Below are positions 7,801-15,306 of a DNA stretch of 32,000 nucleotides, in pieces. The position numbers were made by a program, and so were the translations under genes. Every line of letters starts with the position of its first letter. The stretch's first letter is position 1. The notes beneath the pieces are model-generated. The model was given only the letters and a program-made list of their open reading frames with translations. It was not told where the DNA came from and made no database searches. Source of the DNA: Edaphobacter aggregans (GTDB lineage: Bacteria; Acidobacteriota; Terriglobia; Terriglobales; Acidobacteriaceae); assembly GCF_003945235.1 (NCBI RefSeq), contig NZ_RSDW01000001.1:390001-422000 (forward strand), given 5' to 3'.

Positions 7801-8190
7801 TTGCGAGCTCTAATTATTGATGATTCGGCAGTCATGAGAAAAGTAATCGAACGGGCACTTCGCCAGGCTGGCCTTGATCTCTCCGAGGTCCTGCAAGCCT
7901 CAAACGGTGAGGAGGCCCTACAGGCACTTCGCAATGAAAGCAGTGCCTCCAGCCCGCTAGCACTCATCGTCAGCGACATTAACATGCCCGTGATGGACGG
8001 CCTTCAGTTTCTCGAGGCACGACGCAGCGAGAACCTCGCGCCCGGAGTCCCCGCCGTCATGATCACCACTGAAGGCAGCGAGCCATTCGTCCTGCGCGCC
8101 ATCGCAGCCGGAGCCCAGGGCTACATCTGCAAACCATTCACCGCCGACCAGGTCAAAGCCCGGGTACTCCCGCTGCTGGCCGCGGCATAA
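7801..8190 (+). CDS. cheY: single-domain CheY-like response regulator (receiver domain only)
   Basis: ALIIDDS (acidic pocket), LIVSDINMP (phospho-acceptor Asp), VMITTEG and YICKPF (conserved Thr and Lys). Start moved from the ORF-track TTG 7720 to the in-frame TTG 7801, which has GGAGG 5 nt upstream. This gives a 129-aa CheY-sized protein; the 27 extra codons are Arg/Pro/Thr-rich and cover the promoter. Confidence 0.85.
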   Translation: MRALIIDDSAVMRKVIERALRQAGLDLSEVLQASNGEEALQALRNESSASSPLALIVSDINMPVMDGLQFLEARRSENLAPGVPAVMITTEGSEPFVLRAIAAGAQGYICKPFTADQVKARVLPLLAAA

Positions 8191-8410
8191 CACGAACCAG
8201 AAAGGAATCTTTGAAAGGATGCATGCTGGCGGCTGAAACCACGGTTGCTTTTTGGTTTGTCATCCTTCGCTGAACTCCTAGCCGGGTCCGCAAGCTGTCG
8301 CCCAAAAATCCTGTCAAGCTCCAAACGAAGCAACCCATTTATAATCAATTAGATATCCGTGCACATTAATTCCACTCACCTTGCTAAACTAGATTAACAG
8401 GATTAAACAG

Positions 8411-8441
8411 GAAGCCCCCGGACCATAGAACCGGGGGCTTC
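8411..8441. terminator. strong GC hairpin, candidate bidirectional terminator between convergent genes
   Basis: GAAGCCCCCGG-accatagaa-CCGGGGGCTTC forms a perfect 11-bp stem. It is followed by TTCCTCGTT on the plus strand and CTGTTTAATCC on the minus strand. It lies 220 nt after the cheY stop and 190 nt after the stop of the 8630-9580 gene. Confidence 0.6.
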
Positions 8442-8629
8442 TTCCTCGTTCAGTCTCCACCCATTCCAGAAAGAAGACTTGTTCAGCAAAGATCATTAAA
8501 TCAATACTTTACAGCCACGTCATCCACCAAGTCCCTGAATCCAGAGACTTTCTCTCTCATCACGCACGCAAATCCGCACGTAACCCCTATCGATGGAACA
8601 CTTTGCGCGAAAAGTGCCACACGGAGGTT

Positions 8630-9580
8630 CTACTTCACAACAGACTGAAATAGAGGTGAAGTAAGCAAGCTGGCAAACTGACTATCCGAAGAGGAATACG
8701 AAACCGTCAAAGTGCCGGAGTTCGAATCGATCGTCGTCTGATCCAAAGCCGACTTTTCGAGCGGGGTTCCTGACGTCTTCCTCATAATCGAAACACCCTT
8801 CATCAGCGTTGCAGCCGTCGCGGCAGTCAGCGTGTCGGACATCACCACAGCCATGTCGAACTTCACCCCATTCTGGAAGTCCATCGTATAGCGGCTGCTC
8901 TTCATGCGATTGCGAACTGTGTCATAGTCAGCCAACTGCGCCGCATCGCCCAGAACACTACGCATCATGGTCTGCGTTCCCTTCTGGTCGAGCAAACTCC
9001 AGACAGCTTTCGTATCCACAACGATCATCTCGTTCATCATGTCGCTATTGTTCAGGAAGCTGCTCGTGATTCCGTCCCGCGCATCGAGCGAGGCCTTCAC
9101 CGCATCACGATCGCCGAAGACCATCGTCGTCTGATTGACGAAGACAACGCTCATGCCATTCGAACCCATCGGATAGATGCTGTTGTTGCGGACCATCACG
9201 GGCTTAGTCTTCGCCTTGGTGAAGCTGGCCAGAATGTCACGCGTGTGGAACTGTCCCTGTGCCACACCGACAATACGGGTTCCCTGTCCGCCAGCGTCCC
9301 GGAAGGCGGCAAAAGCGAGTAGATCGGTGTCCTGATCGACCTTCAGGCCAGATGTCTTCAGCGCCGTCTCCAACCGCTTGAGTTCCGGCGGCAGAACACG
9401 GTCCTTGAGCTCCATTGCGGCCGATGAGTTCTGCATCGCCCGGTAGTCCACCACAATGATCTGCTGGATGTCGCGTGGTATGGCGGCCTTTGCATCACCG
9501 GAGAGCTGTGCAGCTGAACACAACGCTGCGGAGAGAGCAAGAGTTACAACGGGGAGAAACGACTTGGTAAGAATGCGCAA
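8630..9580 (-). CDS. hypothetical secreted protein
   Basis: 316 aa with the N-terminal signal peptide MRILTKSFLPVVTLALSAALCSAAQ. TTG start with AAGGAG 7 nt upstream. No family recognised by eye. Confidence 0.7.
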   Translation of the reverse strand: MRILTKSFLPVVTLALSAALCSAAQLSGDAKAAIPRDIQQIIVVDYRAMQNSSAAMELKDRVLPPELKRLETALKTSGLKVDQDTDLLAFAAFRDAGGQGTRIVGVAQGQFHTRDILASFTKAKTKPVMVRNNSIYPMGSNGMSVVFVNQTTMVFGDRDAVKASLDARDGITSSFLNNSDMMNEMIVVDTKAVWSLLDQKGTQTMMRSVLGDAAQLADYDTVRNRMKSSRYTMDFQNGVKFDMAVVMSDTLTAATAATLMKGVSIMRKTSGTPLEKSALDQTTIDSNSGTLTVSYSSSDSQFASLLTSPLFQSVVK

Positions 9581-9764
9581 TGAATAACTCCTTGACCCAG
9601 GCTTTAGCGGATCAACTCTTCTATTCTTCCGTGAATAACAGCTACAGGCAAGTGTCTGCCTATGCCACTTTGGACGTATGGAGTAGGAGAACGTTGGGTG
9701 AAATCCTCCTCAATCAGGCATTTGCGAGGGAGCAAACGCTCAAACGTCACCCAGAGTTCACCAT

Positions 9765-10685
9765 TCACGTCTTTAGCCAATCGAGCGGCCGCTCAAGGCG
9801 ACGTTCCAGCACTTTCAATGCGGGATCGAAGTTCGGAATATTCCGCGCCCACTCCGCATTAGCCTCGTAGGCGTCCTGAGGAATGAGGCCTATCAGCTCA
9901 CCATCTTCGATCACTGCGCCGTGACGATTAGCTAGTTCAAGAATGCGCTCGTAGACCTTGCGCATCGGCGTCGTACGGTGATCGGTGATGTTCATGCTGA
10001 CCTGTGCACGCCCATTGGCAAGCACTCCCAGAGCTTTGACACCGTGAAGACCTCCGTTCGAGGCGCGGATGTCGCGGGCGATCGCGCGGGCCGCGGTCAC
10101 GTCAGCATCACGCAGGTGAACGTTGTAAGCAATCAGGAAACTGCGGGCTCCGACGGCGCTGGCTCCTGCGGTCTCGTGAAGCTCCGGTCCACCAACGTCA
10201 GGTCTTCGAGCGGCATCGCGGCGAGCAGCATCTCTGAGGCCTTCGAACTGGCCTTTGCGGACGTCTTCGAGTTGAACGCGATCAGGGCGTGCAGCGGCTG
10301 CTCCATAAAAGTAAACAGGAATACCGTAGCGGCGCCAGATCAGCAGACCAGCGTTACGCGCGAGCAAGGCGCAGTCCGCAAGAGAGGCTCCGCTCACTGG
10401 AATGAACGGGATGACGTCTGCGGCGCCGATGCGCGGATGCACGCCGTGCTGCTGGGTCAGGTTGATAATCTCTGCGGCCTTACCCGCTGCGCGGACGGCG
10501 GATTCGACGACGGCATCAGGTGAACCCGCAATGGTGACGACCGAGCGGTTGTGCGCAGTGTCGAGCGACCAGTCGAGCAGGCGGACGCCCTCGACCTGCA
10601 TGGCCGCAACGATCTTGCTCACCTTGGCTGGATCGGTACCTTCAGAGAAGTTTGGAACACACTCGATGATGGATTCTGAGTTCAT
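9765..10685 (-). CDS. ftcD: glutamate formimidoyltransferase (formiminotransferase domain only)
   Basis: The N-terminus IIECVPNFSEG, HPRIGAADVIPFIPV and a length of 306 aa match the formiminotransferase N- and C-subdomains. No cyclodeaminase domain is attached. Confidence 0.85.
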   Translation of the reverse strand: MNSESIIECVPNFSEGTDPAKVSKIVAAMQVEGVRLLDWSLDTAHNRSVVTIAGSPDAVVESAVRAAGKAAEIINLTQQHGVHPRIGAADVIPFIPVSGASLADCALLARNAGLLIWRRYGIPVYFYGAAAARPDRVQLEDVRKGQFEGLRDAARRDAARRPDVGGPELHETAGASAVGARSFLIAYNVHLRDADVTAARAIARDIRASNGGLHGVKALGVLANGRAQVSMNITDHRTTPMRKVYERILELANRHGAVIEDGELIGLIPQDAYEANAEWARNIPNFDPALKVLERRLERPLDWLKT

Positions 10686-10736
10686 GACTACAGTAAGTTA
10701 TTGCCAGTGCACAGACGGTTGTTAAAGTTGCTCATC

Positions 10737-11468
10737 TTACTTCCACCAGGTGTAGCCGACTGTGAATTGTACGCTTGCGTTGACGCCCGGGTTTTTGTCG
10801 CCAAGCGAGGCACTGGAAATGTGGATGGCATTGGCACCGAAGTCAATCGAGCGTCGCGGACGGATGAAGTACCGCATACCGACGCCGAACTGTGGGGTGA
10901 AGTTCCAAACGCTTGTATCCGCATTCGGTCCATCGTTGTTGGGGTTGTAAGGCGGGCCACCGAAGGCCGGATATTTGTGGTTGGTCCACACAAGGCCTCC
11001 TGCTCCCTGCACCCATGGTGAGATGCGTTTCGACCCAGCGAAGTTCCAGCGGAGGACGATCGGCGTGATGGAGACTCCGGTGAAGGTGCCGCCTACGGTG
11101 TAGGGGCCAGAGCAGGGGCCCGTAGTAGGACAGAGTTCGCGCTGAAACTTCGGCGTATAGGACTGCCAGAAGGGGAAGAGCTGGACGCCGTACTCGAAGT
11201 TGCCGCGGAGGAAGCCGGAGCCGTGGTTGCCGGTGAGGACTTTGCCAGCTTGCGCACCTGCCATGAAGAACTTGAAGTCATTGCGGTTTTCGGTGACGCC
11301 GAAGCCTCCCTGCACCAGAGCACCGACTTCGAGGGGGCGATGGCCCGAAAGGGATTGCATGGGGTTTAGCGCTACCGGTGTTGCCTGCGCCAAGGCAAGA
11401 GACGTGGATGCGACGAAGGTGAGAGCCAGCGTGCAGAACTTTCCAATGCGCCGAATCGGTTTGGTCAC
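10737..11468 (-). CDS. outer-membrane beta-barrel protein, PagL-like acyloxyacyl hydrolase (lipid A deacylase) family
   Basis: Has a signal peptide ending ALAQA, alternating beta-strand-like sequence and an aromatic C-terminus (TVGYTWWK). The C-terminal H-x-S motif followed by NPG (AIHISSASLGDKNPGVN) resembles the PagL catalytic region. Family assignment is from memory of the motif and was not searched. Confidence 0.55.
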   Translation of the reverse strand: MTKPIRRIGKFCTLALTFVASTSLALAQATPVALNPMQSLSGHRPLEVGALVQGGFGVTENRNDFKFFMAGAQAGKVLTGNHGSGFLRGNFEYGVQLFPFWQSYTPKFQRELCPTTGPCSGPYTVGGTFTGVSITPIVLRWNFAGSKRISPWVQGAGGLVWTNHKYPAFGGPPYNPNNDGPNADTSVWNFTPQFGVGMRYFIRPRRSIDFGANAIHISSASLGDKNPGVNASVQFTVGYTWWK

Positions 11469-11507
11469 TGCTTGGCTCCTGATGCGAATTCAAACTGAGT
11501 TGCAGAA

Positions 11508-11533
11508 GAAAGGCCGCCGGGGATGGCGGCCTT
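11508..11533 (-). terminator. rho-independent terminator of yebC
   Basis: AAAGGCCGCC-ggggat-GGCGGCCTTT forms a perfect 10-bp stem 23 nt after the yebC stop. On the minus strand the stem ends in TTT followed by CTTCT. Confidence 0.6.
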
Positions 11534-11555
11534 TACAGAAGGTTGACCGCTTGGG

Positions 11556-12299
11556 TTAGCTTGCCACGGGAGCTTCGTCCATGTCGAAGTTCGAGTAGAC
11601 GTTTTGCGTGTCGTCGAGGTCTTCGATGGCTTCGAGGAGACGAATCATGGCGTTGGCCTGAGCGCCTTCGAGCTTAGTGTAGGTCGAGGCGATCTTAGTG
11701 ACTTCGGCATGCTCGGGCGTGATCTTGGCGGCTTTCAGGGCTTCGGTTACGGCTTCGAAGTCCTTGGGGTCGCAGAGAATCTCCCAGTTTTCGCCTTCGT
11801 CACTGAGGTCTTCGGCTCCGGCTTCGAGGACGATTTCAGTGAGCTTGTCCTCGTTAGCGGCCGACTTGGCGATGGTGACTACACCTTTTTTCGTGAACAT
11901 CCAGGAGACGGCACCCTCTGCGCCCATGTTTCCGCCGTTCTTCGAGAAGGCATGGCGTACTTCGCTGACGGCACGATTTTTGTTGTCGGTGAGGACCTCG
12001 ACGATGATGGCTACTCCGCCGGGGCCGTAGCCCTCGTAGGTGATCTCCTCGTAGGAGACACCCTCGAGCTCGCCGGTACCGCGTTGGATCGCTCGCTTGA
12101 TGTTGTCGGCGGGCATGTTCTCGGCCTTGGCTGCCGCGATGGCGGTGCGGAGACGAGGGTTGCCGTCTGGGTCTCCTCCGCCGCCGGTTTTGGCTGCGAT
12201 GGTGATTTCCTTGATCAGGCGGGTGAAGATCTTGCCACGTTTGGCGTCAAGCGCGCCCTTCTTATGCTTGATTGTGGCCCATTTTGAATGGCCGGACAT
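11556..12299 (-). CDS. yebC: YebC/PmpR family DNA-binding transcriptional regulator
   Basis: [37 protein letters not shown] is the invariant YebC N-terminus. The protein is 247 aa with family-like sequence along its full length. Confidence 0.95.
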   Translation of the reverse strand: MSGHSKWATIKHKKGALDAKRGKIFTRLIKEITIAAKTGGGGDPDGNPRLRTAIAAAKAENMPADNIKRAIQRGTGELEGVSYEEITYEGYGPGGVAIIVEVLTDNKNRAVSEVRHAFSKNGGNMGAEGAVSWMFTKKGVVTIAKSAANEDKLTEIVLEAGAEDLSDEGENWEILCDPKDFEAVTEALKAAKITPEHAEVTKIASTYTKLEGAQANAMIRLLEAIEDLDDTQNVYSNFDMDEAPVAS

Positions 12300-12340
12300 G
12301 AACTACCTCAGTGATGATTTGTGCCGATTGCGACCTTGCG

Positions 12341-12349
12341 ATTTTAGCA
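12341..12349 (-). promoter_or_regulatory. candidate extended -10 element (TGcTAAAAT) for yebC
   Basis: The minus strand reads gTGCTAAAATcgc about 42 nt upstream of the yebC ATG, with TGAGGTAG as the RBS in between. No convincing -35 hexamer was found (CTCTAC at a 17-nt spacing). Confidence 0.3.
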
Positions 12350-12557
12350 CGTTGCGGGAGAAGGTAGAGTACCCTCCCCACCCGTACCGAATGGATCTAA
12401 AGTATTCCATCGAAAAGGTTTAGGTTCAGACTTGGGACGTAAACCCTTCATTCTTTGTATTACTTGCGTGTAAAGTATTGATTCTAAAAGATACCGTTTG
12501 ATGACATCGATGCCGGATTGCCCGCAGATTCGTTGTTTATCACTTACTTCATCATAA

Positions 12558-12569
12558 CTGTTCGAACAG
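12558..12569. promoter_or_regulatory. perfect 12-bp palindrome CTGTTCGAACAG in an AT-rich intergenic region (possible operator)
   Basis: Read directly from the sequence. It lies about 90 nt downstream of the lysA stop and about 260 nt upstream of the yebC start. No regulator can be assigned from the sequence. Confidence 0.25.
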
Positions 12570-12653
12570 GTTAATAGGCAAATGCAAATTATTGATTATG
12601 CGATGGATACACGGCTTTCGGGTTGACAAAATCGATGTGGAAAACTCCGGTAG

Positions 12654-13946
12654 CTAACCGAGTAGTTCAGGGGCCAAAAGGTCTCGAATGGTCTCGCGTC
12701 GGCGGATCAGTTTCGATTTGCCACCGTCGATGAGTACCTCGGCAGGGCGAGGACGGGAGTTGTAGTTCGAGCTCAGGGACATGCCGTAGGCTCCTGCGTC
12801 GAGGAGCAGGACGAGGTCCCCGGGCTTGACCGGAGGGAGTACGCGATCGCGGGCGAAGAAGTCTCCGGACTCGCAGACTGGGCCGACTATGTCGGCTGTG
12901 AGCGTCGACTTCCCTGCTGGTCGCTTGATGGGGATGATCTCGTGGTGGGCGTGGTAGAGGGCGGGACGGATGAGGTCGTTCATGCCGGCGTCGGTAATGA
13001 CGAAGGTCTTGGCTCCGTTTTTCTTGACGACGAGGACGCGGGTGAGGAGCGCTCCGGCCTGGGCGACGATGAAGCGGCCGGGTTCGAGGAGAAGATGAGC
13101 CGTCTCCTTGGCGAGGCCCTGCGCGAGGGCTGCGGCATATCTCTCAACCTGATGGGCGGGGTTGAAGGGACCGTCGCCGTAGTCGATGCCGAGGCCGCCT
13201 CCGGCGTCGACGTAGCGGATGTCGTGGCCGTCTTTGCGGAGGTCGGCGATAAGGCTGGTGACTCGAGCCAAAGCTGCGGCGAAGGGATCGACCTTGCGGA
13301 TCTGCGAGCCGATGTGGACGCTGACGCCTGCGGGATCGAGCCATTTGGATTTGGCGGCCTTACGGTAGATGGAGCGGGCGGCTTTGATGTCGATGCCGAA
13401 CTTGTGTTCGCTGAGGCCGGTGGAGATGTAGGGGTGGGTCTCGGCGAAGACGTCGGGATTAACGCGGAGGGCGAAGCGGGCGCGGATGTTGAGAGCTTCG
13501 GCGCGGGCGGCGAGGAGGTGGAGTTCGGTCTCGGACTCGACGTTGAAGAGAAGGATGTTGCCTTTGAGGGCGGCATCGATCTCCCATATTTGCTTACCTA
13601 CGCCTGAGAAGACGACCTTTTTGAGTACGGGTTTGTGGGCTTTGCGGACACGCTCGAGTTCGCCACCGGAGACAATGTCGAAGCCTGCTCCCTGTTGCGC
13701 GAGGAGGCGCATGATGGCGAGAGACGAGTTGGCTTTGACGGCGTAGCAGATCGTATGTGGACGGTTCGCGAAGGCCGTTTCGAAGAGCTGGAAGCGGTGC
13801 GAGATCTGCCGGGCCGAATAGACATAGAGCGGCGTGCCGTACTGGTCGGCGAGGGTGGAGAGGCTGGCTTCGTCGCAGTGAAGAGTGCGGTTGCGGTAGG
13901 CGAATGGGCGGGCGCTGATCTGGTCTGGGGCTGTCTTTTTAGTCAA
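12654..13946 (-). CDS. lysA: diaminopimelate decarboxylase
   Basis: YGTPLYVYS, ICYAVKANS (PLP-binding Lys), the HIGSQ region, GGGLGIDY, CESGD and YNSRPRPAEVL are all present. TTG start at 13946, 3 nt after the stop of the upstream gene. Confidence 0.93.
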   Translation of the reverse strand: MTKKTAPDQISARPFAYRNRTLHCDEASLSTLADQYGTPLYVYSARQISHRFQLFETAFANRPHTICYAVKANSSLAIMRLLAQQGAGFDIVSGGELERVRKAHKPVLKKVVFSGVGKQIWEIDAALKGNILLFNVESETELHLLAARAEALNIRARFALRVNPDVFAETHPYISTGLSEHKFGIDIKAARSIYRKAAKSKWLDPAGVSVHIGSQIRKVDPFAAALARVTSLIADLRKDGHDIRYVDAGGGLGIDYGDGPFNPAHQVERYAAALAQGLAKETAHLLLEPGRFIVAQAGALLTRVLVVKKNGAKTFVITDAGMNDLIRPALYHAHHEIIPIKRPAGKSTLTADIVGPVCESGDFFARDRVLPPVKPGDLVLLLDAGAYGMSLSSNYNSRPRPAEVLIDGGKSKLIRRRETIRDLLAPELLG

Positions 13947-13949
13947 AAC

Positions 13950-14267
13950 TTAAATGCTCTTTGTCGGGAGTACCAGGGGTTCTTCCGGGATGATGACCCA
14001 GGCCGCGATGTAGGCCAGTGCGCCGACTCCGGTGAGGACGATCAGCAAGGCAGTCACGATGCGGACGACTGTGAGGTCCCACCCGTATTGCTGGGCAAAG
14101 GCAACGCAGACTCCGGCGACCATGCGGTTGAGGCGCGGCCGCACGAGCTTGCCGGTGGATGAGAAGAGATCGACGAAGGGAGTGGCCGCTAAGGGGACAG
14201 ACGTTCCACAGGCGGGGCAGAAGCGTGAAGAGGGATCCAATTTATTTCCGCAGTGAGTACAGAACAT
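13950..14267 (-). CDS. zinc-ribbon plus PspC-domain membrane protein
   Basis: The N-terminal CTHCGNKLDPSSRFCPACG is a CxxC...CxxC zinc ribbon. It is followed by LVRPRLNRMVAGVCVAFAQQYGWDLTVVRIVTALLIVLTGVGALAYIAAWVIIPEE, which matches the PspC-domain pattern. GGAG RBS upstream. Confidence 0.8.
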   Translation of the reverse strand: MFCTHCGNKLDPSSRFCPACGTSVPLAATPFVDLFSSTGKLVRPRLNRMVAGVCVAFAQQYGWDLTVVRIVTALLIVLTGVGALAYIAAWVIIPEEPLVLPTKSI

Positions 14268-14284
14268 AGGAGTTCTCCGGAGAG

Positions 14285-14312
14285 ATTCTATTTTGCCACA
14301 TTAATGTGGCAA
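14285..14312 (-). promoter_or_regulatory. sigma70-like promoter TTGCCA-N16-TAGAAT for the PspC-domain gene, overlapped by a perfect 20-bp palindrome (14293-14312)
   Basis: The minus strand reads TTGCCA-cattaatgtggcaaaa-TAGAAT, ending 17 nt before the ATG at 14267. TTGCCACATTAATGTGGCAA is a perfect inverted repeat that covers the -35 hexamer and the spacer, which is typical repressor-operator geometry. Confidence 0.5.
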
Positions 14313-14413
14313 TGACAGCAGAGGCAGATACGCGAAGTTAGCGGAAAAGGTTCGGAAATTGGAAGAGTGCCAGGAGCTATAAAAATAATTTTGCTGCAGC
14401 CGCATCCATTTCC

Positions 14414-14425
14414 ATGTATATACAT
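14414..14425. promoter_or_regulatory. perfect 12-bp AT-rich palindrome ATGTATATACAT upstream of the secreted-protein/MarR operon (candidate MarR operator)
   Basis: Read directly from the sequence. It ends 28 nt upstream of the ATG at 14454 (GGAGG RBS at 14443-14447). MarR regulators commonly bind palindromes in their own promoters; no binding has been demonstrated here. Confidence 0.35.
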
Positions 14426-14453
14426 CTAAATTCCAACAATCCGGAGGTACCAG

Positions 14454-14858
14454 ATGAGTTTGATTCGATTCATTTCGCTGTGCAGCGTCTTGAGCTTTGC
14501 CACGCTGGGCTATTCGCAGACGCCGTCGATGCTGCAGGTACCGACGACAAAGGTGCTGGCCATTGGCCATATCGTTGGAACTCCTACCGGGGACACCATG
14601 CGGCAGGTGATGCCGTCGGAGGTAAGAGATACGGTGAATCTCTACCTGGCTGGAAAGCTGGATCAATGGTTTGTCCGAAAGGATACAAATGGGGTGGTGT
14701 TTCTGCTGAACGCTGCCTCGGTTGATGAAGCGAGGGAGATGCTGGCGAAGCTACCGCTGGTGGAGTCGAAGCGGATGGAGTTTGAGCTGATACCTCTGGG
14801 GCCGCTGAGTCCGCTGCGGTATCTACTGCAGGAGCCGAAGAGCGATGCCAAGCCCTAA
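14454..14858 (+). CDS. hypothetical small secreted protein
   Basis: 134 aa with the signal peptide MSLIRFISLCSVLSFATLGYSQ and GGAGG 6 nt upstream. The 3' end overlaps the MarR start by 14 nt. No family recognised. Confidence 0.7.
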   Translation: MSLIRFISLCSVLSFATLGYSQTPSMLQVPTTKVLAIGHIVGTPTGDTMRQVMPSEVRDTVNLYLAGKLDQWFVRKDTNGVVFLLNAASVDEAREMLAKLPLVESKRMEFELIPLGPLSPLRYLLQEPKSDAKP

Positions 14859-15288
14859 GGGTGGCAATCCTTTGAACTGCATGTGCTCGTCGATGCGACG
14901 CGCGACTCGGCTGATGACCCGAATGTATGACGAGGCGCTGTCGGCGGCTGGCGTGAGTGCAAGCCAGTTTGAGCTGCTGGCGAATATTCGCGGCAGGCAG
15001 CCGGTGGACCAGCGGACGCTGGTAAGGGCGATCGATAGCGACCAGACGACGCTTTCGCGCAATCTTGCCGTGTTGCTGGAGCGTGGGTGGATCGAGCTGT
15101 CTGCAGATGAGAAGGACGGGCGGAAGAGCCTCTATCGCCTGACGAAAACGGGAACAACGACTTTGAGCCAGGCTTTTGCCTGCTGGGAGGAGGTGCAGAC
15201 GAAGTTGCAGCAACGAATAGGTGCCGGTCAATGGAAGGAGCTTATGGACCTGTCCAATGATGTGGCCAATGCAATCACAGAGCTGTAA
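14845..15288 (+). CDS. MarR family transcriptional regulator
   Basis: Has a winged-helix pattern: MRRATRLMTRMYDEALSAAGVSASQFELLANI...QRTLVRAIDSDQTTLSRNLAVLLERGWIE...DGRKSLYRLTKTG. 147 aa. Confidence 0.88.
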   Translation: MPSPKGGNPLNCMCSSMRRATRLMTRMYDEALSAAGVSASQFELLANIRGRQPVDQRTLVRAIDSDQTTLSRNLAVLLERGWIELSADEKDGRKSLYRLTKTGTTTLSQAFACWEEVQTKLQQRIGAGQWKELMDLSNDVANAITEL

Positions 15289-15306
15289 TCGCAGAAAGGA
15301 CTCGTT

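Noticed and set aside
7569-7985. 138-aa minus-strand ORF covering the flgF/cheY intergenic region and the 5' part of cheY
   Set aside because: It overlaps the conserved CheY receiver domain in antisense and both promoter candidates. It has no RBS and no recognisable features.
8223-8273. 16-codon hydrophobic mini-ORF (MLAAETTVAFWFVILR) downstream of cheY
   Set aside because: The AGGA is only 3 nt from the ATG. There is no conservation information, and an ORF this short is expected by chance.
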